DNA of 27,627 nucleotides. Origin: a virus (taxonomy: Duplodnaviria > Heunggongvirae > Uroviricota > Caudoviricetes). Shown one piece after another: positions 23,931 through 27,627 of this stretch (position 1 is the first letter of the stretch; each line of letters opens with the position of its first letter). The position numbers and the translations under genes are program-made. Below the pieces are notes generated by a model that saw only the letters and a list, made by a program, of their open reading frames with translations, made no database searches and was not told the origin of the DNA. The stretch lies in the IMG/VR virus record IMGVR_UViG_2531839130_000010. One strand, given 5' to 3'.

Positions 23931-24962
23931 ATGAATGATTTATCAACATATTTTGGCGTTAATACTGCGGTAGTAACTCCATTTGCTTATGAGAATGCAC
24001 TTAATACCCTGATTACTAATCTCGATCTGTTCGATGTGCAATATCATACAGAAAACAGCATTCTTCTTACCGACCTGATTGATCAGTTTGTGCAGGTAGC
24101 TGGGGAAACCTCGCCTTACGCTCAAAGCGACTGGAACGCCTCTAAACGTCAGGAATGGTCAAACAAACTTTTCCAGATGAAACACGTCGGCAGTATTAAC
24201 GCTGTTACTTCTCGTGACCTGGAACAATACAGCCGCCAATATCCAAACCGTTCTGATGCTATGCTGGTAGCGGTTAATGATTTCTCTGAGGCTCATTACC
24301 GTTCACACGCAAACCGTGTTGAAGTGGATCTGATTACCGCGCTGCTGGGCCTGAAAGTTGAATCTGAATATGCCGGACAAGGTGATCTCGACTTCCTCGA
24401 CGGTCAGGCTAAAACCACGGTACCCGCTATCGACTTTGCATCGACTACTGTTAACCCGTTCCTTGCTATTCGTAAAGCGGTGCGCTTACAGAGTGAAAAG
24501 CTGGGGTCTGGTCTTGCTGCAAAGCGAACTGGTGTAATTATCTTTGCTGCTGGCACTGCTGCTGATGGTTTGTCATCTAACCCGCTGATCAGTGACATGG
24601 TGAAATATGCAGGCGATGCGAGTGCTACGGCCCTGTTTACCCGTATGGTTGATTCTAACCCAGCCTATGACTCTTTCCAGATTGGTGGGATCACTGTTAT
24701 TGATGTGTCAATGTTTCCTGAGATTGTTGCTCACATCGGAGAGAACGGTTTCGCAATTGTTCCGGTAATGGATAAAGCGGCACAGTGTTACCAGCTTCAT
24801 AGCGGCGTTGGTGTGCGTCATGCTGAGTTAGGTCAAGATGCCGTGTTGCATCACCAATATCTAATCAAGGATGAATTCCAATTCCCATCTGTGGTTACTG
24901 AGACATCTTATCTGCCAGTAAACAACATTCCGCAAGCTATCATCTTCGGATCTGCTGCGTAA
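23931..24962 (+). CDS. Phage structural protein (343 aa); major capsid or major tail protein candidate
   Basis: ORF track; size and position before the tape-measure-like gene; no diagnostic motif, call by context only. Confidence 0.45.
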   Translation: MNDLSTYFGVNTAVVTPFAYENALNTLITNLDLFDVQYHTENSILLTDLIDQFVQVAGETSPYAQSDWNASKRQEWSNKLFQMKHVGSINAVTSRDLEQYSRQYPNRSDAMLVAVNDFSEAHYRSHANRVEVDLITALLGLKVESEYAGQGDLDFLDGQAKTTVPAIDFASTTVNPFLAIRKAVRLQSEKLGSGLAAKRTGVIIFAAGTAADGLSSNPLISDMVKYAGDASATALFTRMVDSNPAYDSFQIGGITVIDVSMFPEIVAHIGENGFAIVPVMDKAAQCYQLHSGVGVRHAELGQDAVLHHQYLIKDEFQFPSVVTETSYLPVNNIPQAIIFGSAA

Positions 24963-25113
24963 TAAAGCGTTAATAGACGATTCCCCATCGGGGCAATAAG
25001 GGTAAAGGGATTAACTAACCTGTAGGCGCAAATACAGTAACGAATCTCTTTGCCCTTTTTGTTTTTCTACTGTCTACAAACCCAAATAAAAATATATATG
25101 TGAGAGAAAACCA

Positions 25114-25311
25114 ATGAATACAGAAAACCCACAATCCTTTATTCTTAAGGCTGTAAAAGAACTGGCAGCTATTAGCGAGGAATCAGTTATAAACACATCG
25201 GCGCTTTGCCGCCTTTTAGAAATTGATGCAAATAATGTGCGCCAGCGTGTCTTTCAGACTGGGTGCAGCACTTTCGAAGCAATTCAATACTATTGCTCTA
25301 AAAAACAATAA
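25114..25311 (+). CDS. Small hypothetical protein (65 aa), possible tail assembly chaperone by position
   Basis: ORF track; weak RBS. Confidence 0.3.
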   Translation: MNTENPQSFILKAVKELAAISEESVINTSALCRLLEIDANNVRQRVFQTGCSTFEAIQYYCSKKQ

Positions 25312-25345
25312 TAAACAACAATCATAATACAGGGAAACAATTAGC

Positions 25346-26764
25346 ATGTTAGAACTTAACGTCAGCCGCTTATCAAACGTTGTCACCTTCCAGGTTGATC
25401 GACCATCATTAGAGAAAGCAAAAGCAGAAGTAGAAAAACTTCGTAAACAAATGGCGGCGGTGAAAGATATAGAATTGCGTGTTAAGACACATAAACAATC
25501 AACTTCTAAAGCAAAAAAAGACGTAGACGATATTGCTAAAAAGCAAGCACAGGCAGATAAAGCCAATGCTAAAGCACAATTAGCCGCTCAACGTGTAGTT
25601 GCAAGAGAACAAAAAGCCCTGGCAGCACGCAAAGAGAAGGCAGACTTAAAACTGTTAGACGTTGGATCAAGCATTAGTGCATTGCACCGCCTTTCTGTAG
25701 CGGAACAATATAAAGCTATTGCACAGGCTAGAGAAATTGCCCTCCAATATGAAAGAGGAGCTATTAGTCTGGCACGTATGAATAGCCAAATGAAACGCCT
25801 ACAACAGCAACAACGTAAGATTAATGGCAATCGTAACGCTCACGCTAAAGCCTATGCACCTGTTAAGGGTAGCGGGAGTATTGGCGGCGGTGCTGCGGCT
25901 GTTATGCTGGGTGGCTTAGGCGCTGGCGCTACGTATATGGCTATGAGCAAAGCCTCTGAATTTGTTACTAACAGCTTTGCGAATGCTGAAACGCTGGGTG
26001 AATTGTATAGCCGTGCGAAGCTGGGCGGTGTAGACGTTAACCAGATGAACAATATTGAGCAATGGGCCTACAAAAACGGCGTTGATTCAATGATGGGGGA
26101 TCAAGGTAAACGTAAGTATCTCGATCAGATGAAAGATGTGCGTGAGCGTGCAACCAAAAGCTATGATGAGGCTGAATATGTAGTCGATAAAAAAACAGGC
26201 AAAGGTGAATGGAAGGGCGGCGATAGCGGCATCAATACTTTAATGAATGAAGGATTCTTAACTAAAAAGGATCTAAAAGACTTTGCTGATAATCCGGCTG
26301 GTCTGGTTAGTAAAGCAGTTCAGGGAATGGTGAAGAAAGGCTATTCAGATGCACAAATCGGTAGTCGTCTGGAAGATCTGGCTGATGATTTGATGCTCAC
26401 CTCTAAATACTGGACACGCTCCGCTAAAGAAGTGGAACAATCAGCACGAGAACAACGAGAATCAGGGCGCTGGGTAACACAGGCACAACAGGAAAGCGTT
26501 ATTAAATTCCGTGAACTGAATAATGCACTTAGTGGGCTTTCTGACTCACAAGGGATCGCCTTTGTTGATGGCTTTATGAAATCTCTTGATCCGAAAGTGA
26601 TTGAAGAGTTTAAAAAGAGCATGGTTGCAATGCTGCCAATGTTTACCAAATTAGGCGAGGCTATCGGCGGATTGGTTAACGCCGTAATGAAAACAATCAA
26701 CTGGCTGATGAAAAACGACGAGAAGACGGATGATCCTACCCACGTAATATGGACACAGGCCTAA
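25346..26764 (+). pseudogene. Tape-measure-like phage protein gene, truncated by IS3 insertion at 26730/26731
   Basis: Lys/Ala-rich coiled-coil N-terminus followed by Gly-rich hydrophobic segment GSGSIGGGAAAVMLGGLGAGATYMAMS; last 11 codons and the stop are IS3 terminal-repeat sequence. Confidence 0.5.
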
Positions 26765-27627
26765 GCGAGGTTCTTGTTTTCAAATTGTTCCGGACTGAGG
26801 CCGCCACACCAACTGTGCCGCCGCCACCGATTGTAATCACATTCGATATAATTAAACACCGTTGCCCGCATTATTTCCCGGCTGATAAAGTGTTCTCCAT
26901 GGATACATTCCACTTTCAGCGAATGAAAGAAGCTTTCCACGCAGGCATTATCGTAGCAGCAACCTTTTGCGCTCATACTTCCACGCAGATTATGCCGCTT
27001 CAGTTGCGCCTGATAATCTGCTGAACAGTACTGGCCTCCACGGTCCGTGTGAACGATAACGTTCCGGGGCCTCTTACGCCGCCACAGCGCCATCTGCAGG
27101 GCATCGCAGGCCAGTTGCGCCGTCATGCGTGGCGACATTGACCAGCCAATAACGGCACGTGACCACAGGTCAATGACCACTGCCAGATACAGCCAGCCTT
27201 CATCTGTACGTAAGTACGTGATGTCTCCTGCCCACTTCTGGTTCGGGCCACTGGCGTAAAAATCCTGCTCCAACAGATTTTCTGACACAGGCAGGCCGTG
27301 TGCGCGGTAGCTGACCGGGCTGAACTTCCGGGAGGCCTTTGCCCTCAGTCCCTGACGGCGCAGGCTTGCCGCCACGGTTTTTACGTTAAAGGGGTAACCC
27401 TGAGCACGCAGTTCATCCGTCAGGCGTGGGGCACCGTAACGCTGTTTTGACCGGGTAAAAGCCGCGAGGACAACGCTGTCGCAGTGTTGGCGGAACTGCT
27501 GACGCGTGCTTATCCTTGTCCGCCGCTGACACCACGTATACCAGCCGCTGCGGGCCACCCGGAGCACGCGGCACATTGCTTTGATGCTGAACTCAGCCTG
27601 ATGTTTTTCAATAAAGACATACTTCAT
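26731..27627 (-). mobile_element. Second IS3 copy, inverted relative to the first, truncated by the window end
   Basis: Starts with the IS3 terminal repeat TGATCCTACCCACGTAATATGGACACAGG; OrfB is 288/288 aa identical to the copy at 18444-19310. Confidence 0.9.
26761..27627 (-). CDS. insF: IS3 transposase OrfB (second copy)
   Basis: Identical 288-aa translation to the first copy; start codon is the last 3 bases of the window. Confidence 0.9.

Overview
Enterobacterial (E. coli-like) accessory DNA with three parts. (1) 1-2328: the distal end of a genomic island (small ORF, AT-rich polytopic membrane protein, tyrosine integrase on the minus strand) ending at a 49-nt 3' fragment of a tRNA-Thr(CGU) gene. 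(2) 2329-15218: a ~12.9-kb P4-like satellite prophage bounded on the right by a perfect 27-bp copy of the tRNA 3' end. It carries a P4-type integrase, an AT-rich orphan gene, AlpA, a small RHH protein, an alpha-type primase-helicase followed by an iteron cluster, Sid/Psu-like genes and an Ogr/Delta zinc-finger activator. Its variable region between delta and attR holds the main finding: an AT-rich cassette of two overlapping reverse-transcriptase genes (425 aa and 672 aa), the architecture of a defence-associated RT type 3 (UG3+UG8-like) system. That family is already described, so the novelty is in this locus and its unassigned ncRNA partner, not a new system type. (3) 15219-27627: a small basic ORF, a serine DNA invertase, long AT-rich ORF-free DNA with palindromic repeat clusters, a complete IS3, a module of small AT-rich genes, and a phage structural-gene fragment whose tape-measure-like gene is cut by a second, inverted IS3 copy that runs off the window. 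All homology calls are from motif reading and memory; no database search was possible.
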